From contig JADGIF010000194.1 of assembly GCA_018985225.1 (NCBI GenBank), positions 1-15,381 of the forward strand: 15,381 bases of DNA, written 5' to 3'. Below the pieces are notes generated by a model that was not told where the DNA came from, searched no databases, and worked only from the letters and a program-made list of their open reading frames with translations. The position numbers were made by a program, and so were the translations under genes. Position 1 is the stretch's first letter; the number at the start of each line of letters is the position of its first letter. The stretch comes from Amoeboradix gromovi X-113 (taxonomy: Eukaryota; Fungi; Sanchytriomycota). Below, one piece after another: positions 1 to 9,144 of this stretch.

Positions 1-210
1 GTGTCACGCCATATTACATTTGGGTTGTATAGTGTTAGAGAAAGAGAGCTTGAGAAGAAGAGTGATGGTACTGTACTAAGGAAGCGCAACGGGCAGAAAA
101 GTGTATATCATCTATTAATTGGATATTCTCAACAGGGTTGCTAAATGACTCTCTTGGTGAGAAGTGTGATGTAGCATTATATATGCATGTATATCGTTAT
201 TTAGTGCGGC

Positions 211-607
211 CAAGGAGTGGTATAAGCGCGACTAACTGCTGTAGCCGATCGACAGGTACTTTTATTTTCTCTGTGGTGACTCCGGATTTTCTGGCAAATC
301 GGAGTAGTTAGTGAGGAGTACACAATTGATACTTCAATCATTTCATATGCAATTCTTCTTCATATTTTTGATGGGAGTATTTCTAGGATCCTCTTTCATT
401 CTACCTGGTATGGCACTAACGCGTGAAAGTGCCTTTTGTGTGCTGAGCACCCAAACTCCCTTGAAATTTGTAAAATGTAGTAGGTTTGAAAATTATCCTA
501 GTTGCTCGTTAAAAGTCCTGATTTCGGAGAAAATCGAGAATTTCCACAGAGAAACTAGCAATGCTAGATGCTCCGTTGCAGCGATTGCTCACACTTTCAC
601 TACCCTG
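211..607. mobile_element. Degenerate MITE-like non-autonomous element with about 100-bp imperfect terminal inverted repeats (arms about 211-310 and 499-607)
   Basis: The left arm (gctgtagccg...ttttctctgtggtgactccggattttctggcaaatcggagtagtta) aligns by eye with the reverse complement of 499-607 (gctgcaacgg...tttctctgtggaaattctcgattttctccgaaatcaggacttttaacgagcaacta). Related arm copies lie at 7616-7722 and about 15118-15156. No convincing target-site duplication and no transposase ORF. Confidence 0.65.
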
Positions 608-990
608 AGGCAGGATTAAATAAGGATGCAGATACTTGATGTATATGTTCCTTGCTGCCATATGGTCTCTATTGTCGCACATATTGTAAGACCAAGAGCA
701 TACTAATTATTAAATAAATGGTTTATAGGTTTATTTTATCGTTGATCTCTTTTGAGAACGGGTTGATATACATCTAATTGTTCCATGTTGAGCCAGTTCC
801 TCAATGTTGATGAATGTATACTACAACTATTAGTTCTTTAGGTTTGACATATTCGGGATTAAATCCATTAATTCCATTTACCATTGTGAAAATGAAGAAT
901 ATTGAGTATTTAAGCTATTGGAAAAATGATGAAATTATATAAAAATGTATAAAAACTCGCGATAAATGATTTATTCAAAAAACAATCGAG
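415..990 (+). repeat. Diverged dispersed direct repeat, copy 1 (partner at about 15054-15376)
   Basis: Collinear shared blocks: gagaaaatcgagaatt (527-542 = 15141-15156), ccagttcctcaRtgttgatgaat (793-815 ~ 15203-15225), agtatttaagctatt (905-919 = 15290-15304), aatgatttattcaa...aaaacaatcgag (ending at 990 and 15376). Confidence 0.9.
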
Positions 991-1173
991 TTTTTTTGGT
1001 CCCTTTTACTCGTAGGAAACCAATCGAATACATTGATATCGCGCAATATTATATTCAGGTGATAAAATTTAATAGTGGACATAGAGCAGATTAGTCTGTG
1101 CGGTACAACGGTGATGGTATCATCCTACATATGCATACTTGGGCAGATAGAATCTTCAGTGCAGCATCTCTGA

Positions 1174-2202
1174 ATGGCATCTTCTCAACGGGGTTCTTAC
1201 ATGGCATCCTTTGGTGAGAAGTGTGTTATACTGTTTGTTATATTTCTGATAACATTTATACCGATATCATCGGAAATTGTAGTCTGGATACCGTGGCTGG
1301 AGCAGCACAACAGGAACAAATACATTTACCTGCTGCCATACAACCTAACAGTGCTCTCTATTTGGATAAACTACTTTCTGTCGGTATACATAGCACCGGG
1401 AAATCCACCGGATGACTGGAAGCCATCTGAGGAAATCAAGGAACTGAAGAAGTCGCAGAATAAGCCCAGATACTGCCAGGTCTGCAGGAATTATAAACCA
1501 CCTCGATCACATCACTGCTCTGCCTGCGATGTTTGCATATGCAAGATGGACCATCACTGTCCTTGGATAGGTTCCTGTGTCGGTTTTAAGAACCAGGGCT
1601 TCTTTATTCGATTTATCGTCAGCGCTTCTTTAGGGACGTTTATTACTCTTGTTCTTCACTGTTGGCGGGTTTACGAGTGGTCGAGATACCCCTACAACCC
1701 TTGGATACATAGCGATGACGGATTTAGACTCATATTCTTTATAATTGTCAATTTCTTACTCTCCATTTTTGTCTTTGTCCCAGTTAGCTTTCTTATGGCT
1801 AATCACATATACTATATCATGTATAATCTTACTACAATAGAGGATTTAGAAAAGAACAGAAGCTTGGTGGTCGAAGTAGATGGAGTTGTTAAGCATCTGG
1901 AAAAACCTTACGATGTTGGCAAATACAACAACATTTCAGCAGTTTTAGGAAGCAGCTGGTACTTGTGGTGGTTTCCAACACGTATAATTGGTGATGGAGT
2001 CTACTTTCCCATGCGGGTATCTTTTGTAGAACTAAAAGAGAAGGAAGACGTAGAAGAACTTCAACCGCATGTAAGGCGAGGTAGTGAAGGATACGAAATT
2101 GATGCTGATGTGCTGCATCGTCGATTATTAAATGATTGCGAGGAATTTAGCGAAGATGATGAAGATTTGACTTTATTTGAGCTCCGAAAGAAGTTGAACT
2201 AG
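1174..2202 (+). CDS. PFA4: DHHC-type protein S-palmitoyltransferase, Pfa4/ZDHHC6-like; the real start may be the second ATG at 1201
   Basis: Cys-rich domain (YCQVCRNYKPPRSHHCSACDVCICKMDHHCPWIGSCVG), four hydrophobic segments, TTIE motif, PYDVG...NISAVLG motif, and a C-terminal HVRRGSEGYE / DDEDLTLFELRKK segment like that of fungal Pfa4. Intronless. Confidence 0.93.
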   Translation: MASSQRGSYMASFGEKCVILFVIFLITFIPISSEIVVWIPWLEQHNRNKYIYLLPYNLTVLSIWINYFLSVYIAPGNPPDDWKPSEEIKELKKSQNKPRYCQVCRNYKPPRSHHCSACDVCICKMDHHCPWIGSCVGFKNQGFFIRFIVSASLGTFITLVLHCWRVYEWSRYPYNPWIHSDDGFRLIFFIIVNFLLSIFVFVPVSFLMANHIYYIMYNLTTIEDLEKNRSLVVEVDGVVKHLEKPYDVGKYNNISAVLGSSWYLWWFPTRIIGDGVYFPMRVSFVELKEKEDVEELQPHVRRGSEGYEIDADVLHRRLLNDCEEFSEDDEDLTLFELRKKLN

Positions 2203-2398
2203 GAGGTATCAATTAAAGATTTTTTGTATTATTAATAAATAGTTTGTAAATCATTTCAAGATTAGAGCTAGCCTTCGATGTGAGTTTGCTTAAATCTCCG
2301 CACATGCGTTTAAATAACTGGGACACGTTCTTCGAATTACGGAGTATGTTTTTCAAATTTGGCAAAATTTAAAGATGAGAAATTAACATTAATCGGTG

Positions 2399-2911
2399 AT
2401 GCTAAGGGGATTATTTACTAAACGAATGAGTTCAATAAAATCCGTCCACGACTTCACTGTTAAAGGAATCGAAGGAAAACCACAATCCTTAAGCAGCTAC
2501 AAGGGCAAAGCGCTACTGATTGTGAACGTTGCATCTAATTGTGGGTATACAAAACAATACACAGGGTTGCAGGAAATTCAAGAGAAATACAAGGGTAAGT
2601 TAGAAGTGTTAGGTTTTCCATGTAACCAATTCGGAGGACAGGAACCTGGGACCAACGAAGAGATTCAAGAATTCTGTACCAAGAAGTTTAGCGTTACTTT
2701 TCCACTTTACGATAAGATTGATGTGAACGGACCCAACACTGATCCATTATACAAATATTTGAAATCCGAGAAAAGTGGATTGATTACTGATGACATCAAA
2801 TGGAATTTTTCCAAATTTTTAATTGATAAGAACGGTAAACCTGTTAAGAGATATGGATCTGGTACTGAACCAAAGGATATTCAGAAAGACATTGATGGAT
2901 TGTTAAAGTAA
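2399..2911 (+). CDS. Cys-type (non-selenium) glutathione peroxidase family protein, Hyr1/PHGPx-like; ATG at 2399, second in-frame ATG at 2426
   Basis: NVASNCGYT (peroxidatic Cys encoded by TGT), LGFPCNQFGGQEPG, EFC (candidate resolving Cys) and IKWNFSKFLID motifs. The track's start at 2396 is a GTG; the first ATG is at 2399. Confidence 0.96.
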   Translation: MLRGLFTKRMSSIKSVHDFTVKGIEGKPQSLSSYKGKALLIVNVASNCGYTKQYTGLQEIQEKYKGKLEVLGFPCNQFGGQEPGTNEEIQEFCTKKFSVTFPLYDKIDVNGPNTDPLYKYLKSEKSGLITDDIKWNFSKFLIDKNGKPVKRYGSGTEPKDIQKDIDGLLK

Positions 2912-3440
2912 ATGATTCCATTACACTTTTGCTCCTGTATTTAGAGCCATTCTGAGAAAGCTTTTGCCTTAAGCCCTTCTTTACTTACCCTGAGCTTAAT
3001 GTTTTATGTATTTTTTATCTCCCTGTAGACCTTATGGATATTAAGCTTAACATGGTTTTACTGAGATACCTTTGTCTTATCAGCTAGTGATTAGGAAAAT
3101 AATACGCATCATTTTTTTCCAACCTGATGATAAGTATCACAGAAATTCAAATCTCTGCATACAGAAGCATCGGATGATTACATTAGCCCACGCAAACTCT
3201 CTTTCAAGGGAAATGCTCTGTTACTAGCTATTATTACCACTTCAGCTGTGGCATGATTTACAAATGTAGTATTTGGTGCTAATACTTTCCTTCTGAACAA
3301 CCAATTAGTCTTTGTTTGGTGTTTTGGACGGCATTGCTCATGTATTCACGATAGATGATTTATTTAATAAAAATCACTAGCTGTTGTTGATAAGGAGTAT
3401 GAAAGCACAAGCGCTATTCATGTTATCTTTTTACTCCGTA

Positions 3441-6400
3441 TCATGACAAATGAAATCCGCTAGCTTCTCTCATACTAAACATCAAGTCTCTCTTCAAGTC
3501 TTCCTTATTTGAATATCTTTTAATCTTTAAGTAATGCGAGCAGGTCATCACACTTGGCAATCCATTGTCTTTAACTACAATCTTCAATTTTGGGTCCAGT
3601 TTGTCCCACTCATTGTGAGGCAATTTGCCGCTCGCGCTGACAAACATCAAAAACTCTTTCTGCTCCTTGTAATTAAATTCACTCATTATAGTAACACACA
3701 TCATGTATAAGTCATCATTAAAGGCTAGTCCTGACCCACATTCAACATGCTTACTTAATTCTAAATTAGTTATTATTACCCTGCACTGTCCATTTAGTTG
3801 AATTTATTGTAAGTAGTTCATATAGCTCATCTGCTCGTAATGCCACCATTAATGTCATTGGTATCACTTTTGCAATACCTTGTTTCATGGCCTCTATCAC
3901 TGGTTTTATGCCTTTGTTAAATGTAGCATCTAAGAGTAGCTCAACATATTCATCAATTCTGTCGTTTGTAACTATTTCATTCTCTAAATCGTCTCTTAAA
4001 AGCATTGCGGTCCCGGGATAATGCCACGTAATGTGGAACTCATTTATATCCATTCCGCCTCTACAACCAGTAACCAGCTGCATCACTTCAGGTAATATTA
4101 ACTTCAGATCCTTCTCAGTTGGTGTGATGTTCCTGAGCAGCAGTTTAAGAAAGATTAAGTTGATTTCGAGCTCCAAGTTGTAGTTGTTAATGATACCTTG
4201 AGCTATAAATGAGCCCATAATCTTGTACAAATAGATATGAGTGCTGTCATTTGTTAGACCATATGGAAGGGGATAGTCAGTTGCAGTAAACAGCTGCATT
4301 TGAGTATCTTTGAACCCATGACAACACAAAGTGTAAAACTCGTTGGTGCAGCCAACTCCTGTTCCTACTTCATTATAAAAACTGATTTGCACATTCATAT
4401 ACTGCTGCTCGATTATTTTAATCAGCGATGCCATGAGTTTTTGTCTCGATATTTGAATTTTAATCTTGTTGTGCTTCTTCTTAATGAACATTAAACGCGT
4501 CTTCAAGGGAATTGTCCATGGTATTACAGTTATTATAGTGTATAGCCAGTGTGGTATAACGTTGCACTTCATTGTGTATGTCTTTAGTTGCAATAAAGCC
4601 ATAATTGAAGTATACCTGTTGATCTCGTCCAAGTTATTTTCAGCTACAATTCTGCACAAAACCTGAATTAAGTCATCTCGCTTATTTAACACACAGACTT
4701 CCTTTTCTATTCTACTAGTAGATCCGATTGTATTTAGTGCTATTGGATCCTCTTCAAGAAACTCATTTAAAGCACCAATTACAGATAAATTGCTATTTAA
4801 TTCAGTAGAGCCATGAACGAATTGAATCTGATGTTCAGTAGAAGGGCTGTCTACATTTTTGTACGGCAGTTCCTCATTAAGCATTGGTGGTAACGAATCG
4901 ACATAGCTTAAAGGCAACTTGTAATCCCTGTTGATGTAGATTATTTTTTTGTTGGAATGCGAGTTGGCATGGGCATGTATTTGTTGGAATAGATTGTTCA
5001 ACTGACTGTGAACGATAGATGAAGAGGAGGATGATTCACTACCCTCTTCAATCTCATGCAAATCTTTAATTTGAGACGCATTAGCAACAGGTACATCCAC
5101 AGCTGCATCAATCTCACTCTCTTCCATTTCAACACTATGGTCAACTTTCATTATTTCATCCTCGTGGTAAGCCAAATCTACATCCACACCGAGTTCATGA
5201 ATACTGTCCATGTCTATATCTTCATCCTCGTGCTCTTCTTCCATTCCCGCATTCTCCTCTAGCCTTATTTCCATCTCTTCTTCGATGCCTTCATGTTCGT
5301 CCTCATTTAAATTCGCCATTCGCTCTTTAATTCTGTTCATAATCGAAAACAGAGGGTCGTTATAATCCACGATTTGGTGCAATAAGACATGGCGTGGCAC
5401 TCTGAGTATGGAATTGTTGAGCTTAATGTTTACAGGTGTTTGAGGGAAGTTGATAATATTTATGTCACAATAGTAGTACAAGTACTTGACGCATTCTATG
5501 AAATGATCGTTTTTAACTAATGCAGAACAATTAGAGTCTTTGAGCAAATTTGACTTGAACAATTCATAGGGCGTGTAATCTGATGTGTATACATTAAGAG
5601 GAATAGAAGTAGATAATTCAACCGCGTTAGCAACCAATGCATCACTGGATATATCTATAGCGCTAGGCAGCCATCCATGTCTGATGCATTCCATATGCAG
5701 AGAATGCTTTTTAATTAGACTAACACACTCATCGACGCATATGCTGTTGCGTATTAGTATCGATAAGGACATACAGTAAATGTTATGGTATTCAAAACTG
5801 TAGGGCAGATGTGATAGAATGTTTTTCATCTTAGGCAAGTGCTGAATAGCAGGCAATAGGTGAGCAACCAAGAAATGTACACCGGTGTCATCGGTCATCA
5901 GGTACCAGGACAGCGCTTGGTTTGTATAATCAATCGGAATGTCATGAACATTTGACAATATTTGATGAATGCATTGAGGCAAAAGAGGATGTTGCGCGTA
6001 TTTGACAATCTTAGAAATGGCATTAAACAGGGCACTGGAATACTTTCCTTGTAGGCAATTGTTAAATAGCTCATTGGACAAGTGGATAATAAGCTTTATC
6101 AAGTTAGACTTGTCATCGGAATTGATCGACGGTTTAGACAACAGAGATTGACAAAGATCTATTAGACCGTCATTGTTTAATTGCAAGGCGTAAATGACAT
6201 GTATTAGTTGAGGGATGTCTAAACTTAAGAAATTGTACTTTATGGATTGAATTGATACCACACACAAATCCTCAAGTTGTATTGTGGAATCAAGGTTAGT
6301 CCATATAAACTGTATCCATTCGGAGTATTTGAATAGACGAAACTGCTTGATAGTTTTGATGATTTGGTTAAAAATAATGACGTTATGAACAAGTGGAGAC

Positions 6401-6624
6401 ACTTTTAACAACAGCATGGGATGGATATCAAATAAAGTTACCAAGATGGAATGGTGCGTAACATGAGGGATGGTAATGTCTATCAGTTGCTGCAAAAGTT
6501 TCTGGTGATACAACATTTCCAAATCTTCTTCCTGCATAAAATTTAGTTCTTGTTGAATCTCATCCAGAATAAAAGGCCGAAGCTCTGGATATTGCTGCAT
6601 TTGATCAAAATATGATTGAAGCAT
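3441..6624 (-). CDS. UFD4: HECT E3 ubiquitin ligase, Ufd4/TRIP12-like; two exons (6624-3780 and 3760-3441), 1054 aa after splicing
   Basis: Exon 1 has FYNEVGTGVGCTNEFY. Exon 2 has the catalytic LPSVMTCSHYLK and ends GFHLS. Removing 3761-3779 gives the continuous reading KWTVQ-E-LSKHVECGSGLAFNDDLYMMCVTIMSEF, in frame with the 3441..3704 ORF. The track's start at 6660 is a TTG; the first ATG is at 6624. Confidence 0.9.
3761..3779 (-). other. 19-nt spliceosomal-type intron GTAATAATAACTAATTTAG (phase 1)
   Basis: GT...AG ends, a branch-like ACTAAT immediately followed by TTAG, and it contains the in-frame TAA that ends the long ORF. Its removal exactly restores the HECT reading frame. Confidence 0.88.
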
Positions 6625-6666
6625 GTTAGAGGAGGAGTCTTGACTTTTTAATTTGATCAAACCTCC
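6625..6666. promoter_or_regulatory. 42-bp head-to-head spacer between the HECT and PABP start codons (putative bidirectional promoter or overlapping 5' ends)
   Basis: First ATGs are at 6624 (-) and 6667 (+). In-frame stops lie shortly upstream of each: TAA at 6649-6651 on +, and TGA at 6678-6676 on -. Confidence 0.6.
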
Positions 6667-6993
6667 ATGTCCGAATCAAATGTTGATCAAAGAAGTGTTT
6701 ATGTTGGAAATGTAGATTATGGAGTAACCAGTGAAGAACTAGGATTACTGTTTAAATCAGCTGGCAAAGTAAATAGAGTAACCATTTTGACAACTCATAA
6801 AGGACAGCCCAAAGGTTTTGCATATGTAGAATTTGCAGAGGTGGAAGCTGTTGAAAAAGCATTGCAGTTAAATGGTGAAGTATTAAGTAATAGGTTACTA
6901 AAAGTTAGTGCAAAACGGGGAAACATACCTGGAAGAGGAAGAGGTGGTAGAGGACGAGGTGGTAGAGGACGATCAAGAGGCAAACCTTATTGA
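6667..6993 (+). CDS. PAB2: Nuclear poly(A)-binding protein (PABPN1/Pab2/Sgn1 family), single RRM plus RGG tail, 108 aa
   Basis: [13 protein letters not shown] (RNP2), [16 protein letters not shown] (RNP1), [12 protein letters not shown] repeats and terminal PY are typical of type II PABPs. An exact 15-nt tandem duplication (6941-6970) lies in the RGG tail. Confidence 0.9.
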   Translation: MSESNVDQRSVYVGNVDYGVTSEELGLLFKSAGKVNRVTILTTHKGQPKGFAYVEFAEVEAVEKALQLNGEVLSNRLLKVSAKRGNIPGRGRGGRGRGGRGRSRGKPY

Positions 6994-7615
6994 ATTTTGA
7001 TTGCAGATCATGTAGTAAATCTATATACATTTATTATGCAGCATGCAGATCATAATTGTAAGCACAGAGACCATGGAATCTAAATACTAGTAAATGAAAG
7101 AGCACCTGATAAGTTAAGTGTAAAAAGTAAACGAAGTCAGGAATTCAATAGTTCAATCACGGTGTATATGAATTCCGTAACATTTGAGACACCAAACACA
7201 GAGATCACACCAAATATTTGCAATAAGGATTCATAACATGAAAAGCAACAGCGATTACATGAATTTACCGCTCCAACATACTCTCTTTCTGAGTTTCGTG
7301 ACTACATAAAACCTCGACATTCATTCTTTTCATCTATTGCAATAGCCAGGATATTTTAAATGTAAAAACCCCCAATTAATGTAGAGCCCGCTCCTCCACG
7401 ATTAAGTCTGGTTTAAAAATGAAATTATCGCCAAAAAAATGGAGCGATATTTGTAAAATGAAATGAATCACTATTTACTGGTCAAACGTCAACCTAAAGA
7501 AAAACGATTTGTTAAAATATGTTCGCATAGCTTGTCATTTACATTTAAAGCAATAGAGACGAAATAGTACCAAGGAAATAAACTTGAAATATGTACACCC
7601 ATATTTAATCTCACC

Positions 7616-7722
7616 CAGAGTTATAGGTATGAGCAAACGTTGTAGCCGGGCGATTAGTATTGTGAGTTTTTCTCTGGTAATCCTTGATTTTCTCGTAAAT
7701 CAGGACTTTTGATAAGTAGCTA
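7616..7722. repeat. Solo copy of the MITE-like terminal arm
   Basis: gtatgagcaaacgttgtagccgg...tttctctggtaatccttgattttctcgtaaatcaggacttttgataagtagcta aligns with the reverse complement of 499-607 (gtgtgagcaatcgctgcaacgg...gattttctccgaaatcaggacttttaacgagcaacta). Confidence 0.8.
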
Positions 7723-7861
7723 TCCCAACGTTAATTATGGATGGAAGCCGGCCGTTTCAGCATTTCTATTTCAAATCTTGCTTAATTTCATTTATGTCAC
7801 AGATGGGCTATTCTGTGGATGTTTAATCGCAGTAATTTATGGAATTTGAAGGAGGCTTGAA

Positions 7862-8404
7862 ATGGGCTCATGCTGCTCGAAAGTAGAAATAGACACGGTT
7901 ACAAAGAATCAATCTAGAAAGGCAAAAGGTAAAGAGGTGGTAAAGAGCGTCTCTGCTGCTACGGCGTTTGATATACCCTCGAATGTGGATATGACCGAGA
8001 GTCAAAAGAAAAAAAGTCAACTTTCCGACCAAGGACAAGTGTTAAAACAGAAAGAAAATAACGCAAAGGAATCTGGAAAGAAGTTTGAGCCATACGCCAC
8101 GTTTGAAATACCGGTAAGAACTGAAAGCCAAACTATGAACAAAAAGTTTCCTGTGCTCTCCAGTCAAAAGCGCAAGAGAATGGAGCAAACAAGTCATAAC
8201 CAGGATCAGTTGAGGAATTATCGAGAGATACAGTTGAATGCCAAAATGAAGAAGGCTGAGCAAAATAAAAAAGGCATTATACAGAACAAGCAGGAAATGC
8301 GGAAATCAACGGATGAAAAGATAAGAATAGCTAATGCTCGCAAGAATAGCACGGCAAACGCAATTTGGTATCCAGTTTACTCGAAAAATAATATCACCAA
8401 TTAG
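7862..8404 (+). CDS. Hypothetical 180-aa K/Q/E-rich protein with an N-terminal MGSCCSK myristoylation/palmitoylation motif
   Basis: A 180-codon ATG-initiated ORF in AT-rich DNA. G2 with S6/K7 fits the N-myristoylation consensus, with adjacent C4-C5. The rest is hydrophilic and probably coiled-coil or disordered. No family recognised. Confidence 0.7.
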   Translation: MGSCCSKVEIDTVTKNQSRKAKGKEVVKSVSAATAFDIPSNVDMTESQKKKSQLSDQGQVLKQKENNAKESGKKFEPYATFEIPVRTESQTMNKKFPVLSSQKRKRMEQTSHNQDQLRNYREIQLNAKMKKAEQNKKGIIQNKQEMRKSTDEKIRIANARKNSTANAIWYPVYSKNNITN

Positions 8405-9144
8405 TCGCTGAATCCATGGATTGGCAAGAAACCACATTAAAGTTATATCACTTTAAAGTTATTGAGAATCGTTACTTACAGCTAAAAGTTTTGCTTTCGG
8501 AGAAGATCAAGAGTTTTCACAGAGAAACCGAAAGACTTTGAATAGATGGTAAGAAATAGCGAGCTGTAACTGTAGATAGATGACCATTCGCGTCCTGCTT
8601 GTGTAGCAAGTAGTATAAATAAATTTATTGCTTGTAATCTCGAGTGAACAAATGTTGTGAATCTATCATATTTTCCTTTTTTTGAGGCATGCATTAAGTA
8701 TTTATCAGCGATATCTTAAGAACTGAACCCATTTCAGTTGACAAAAAGAAGGAATATCGAGTTTTTATGGCGTTTTCTTGGGTATGTGAGTTGCCGCGGA
8801 AATGCGACAAAGTATTTACTATTGTAACAGAGGAGCAAAGTTAAACAAAAAGAATAGATGGCTTGGTAACTATCAGAATATTTGATCATTGTTGAAACAG
8901 TGCAATTAGCGCCACGCAATGCTCATTCCTCTTCTTTTCATAAATTTGATGCATTGTGGACTCTAAAATGCTGCCGCTTCCAGCAAACATAAAGCAATTT
9001 CAATAATTGAAAGGTTAGCAGAATGACAACAGTTCCTACAGAGTACTATTAGCTCATCAATGTTTTACACGGGACCTTGGCATACGCTTCACTGTCATAA
9101 TCTGGTGATCAAGTCAGTATCAGTACATGCTCGAATTAATTAAG

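Noticed and set aside
1-144. Open frame from the window edge (VSRHITFGLYSVRERELEKK...QQGC*)
   Set aside because: Only 47 codons, truncated, with no recognisable motif. It could be a gene or transposon tail but cannot be supported.
311-619. 102-aa ORF in the track
   Set aside because: GTG start, lies within the MITE-like repeat, and the homologous copy near 15054 is not open.
1060-1110. U6 snRNA-like stretch (taaaatt...atagagcagattag)
   Set aside because: The invariant ACAGAGA box is not intact and the downstream U6 stem-loop sequence is absent.
2530-3000. Selenoprotein GPx with a SECIS element in the 3' UTR
   Set aside because: The active-site codon is TGT (Cys), there is no in-frame TGA, and the downstream ATGA lacks a properly spaced AA and stem.
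3705-3790. Stop-codon reassignment or readthrough as the explanation for the split HECT gene
   Set aside because: The two ORFs are in different frames. TAA, TAG and TGA all end conserved genes at the expected positions in this window. A canonical GT-AG excision explains the join exactly.
4300-5779. Short plus-strand ORFs (4300..4494, 4466..4666, 5056..5262, 5585..5779)
   Set aside because: Antisense shadows of the HECT CDS. The same applies to 6795..6983, 8042..8263, 10295..10528 and 13888..14097 relative to their host genes; 1221..1415 is an alternative frame inside PFA4.
8482-8919. Two short minus-strand ORFs (70 and 61 aa)
   Set aside because: No recognisable motifs and no convincing way to join them. 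They may be relics but are unsupported.
9106-9128. U2 snRNA-like segment (gatcaagtcagtatcagt)
   Set aside because: The branch-pairing GTAGTA is broken and the U2 5' stem is absent.
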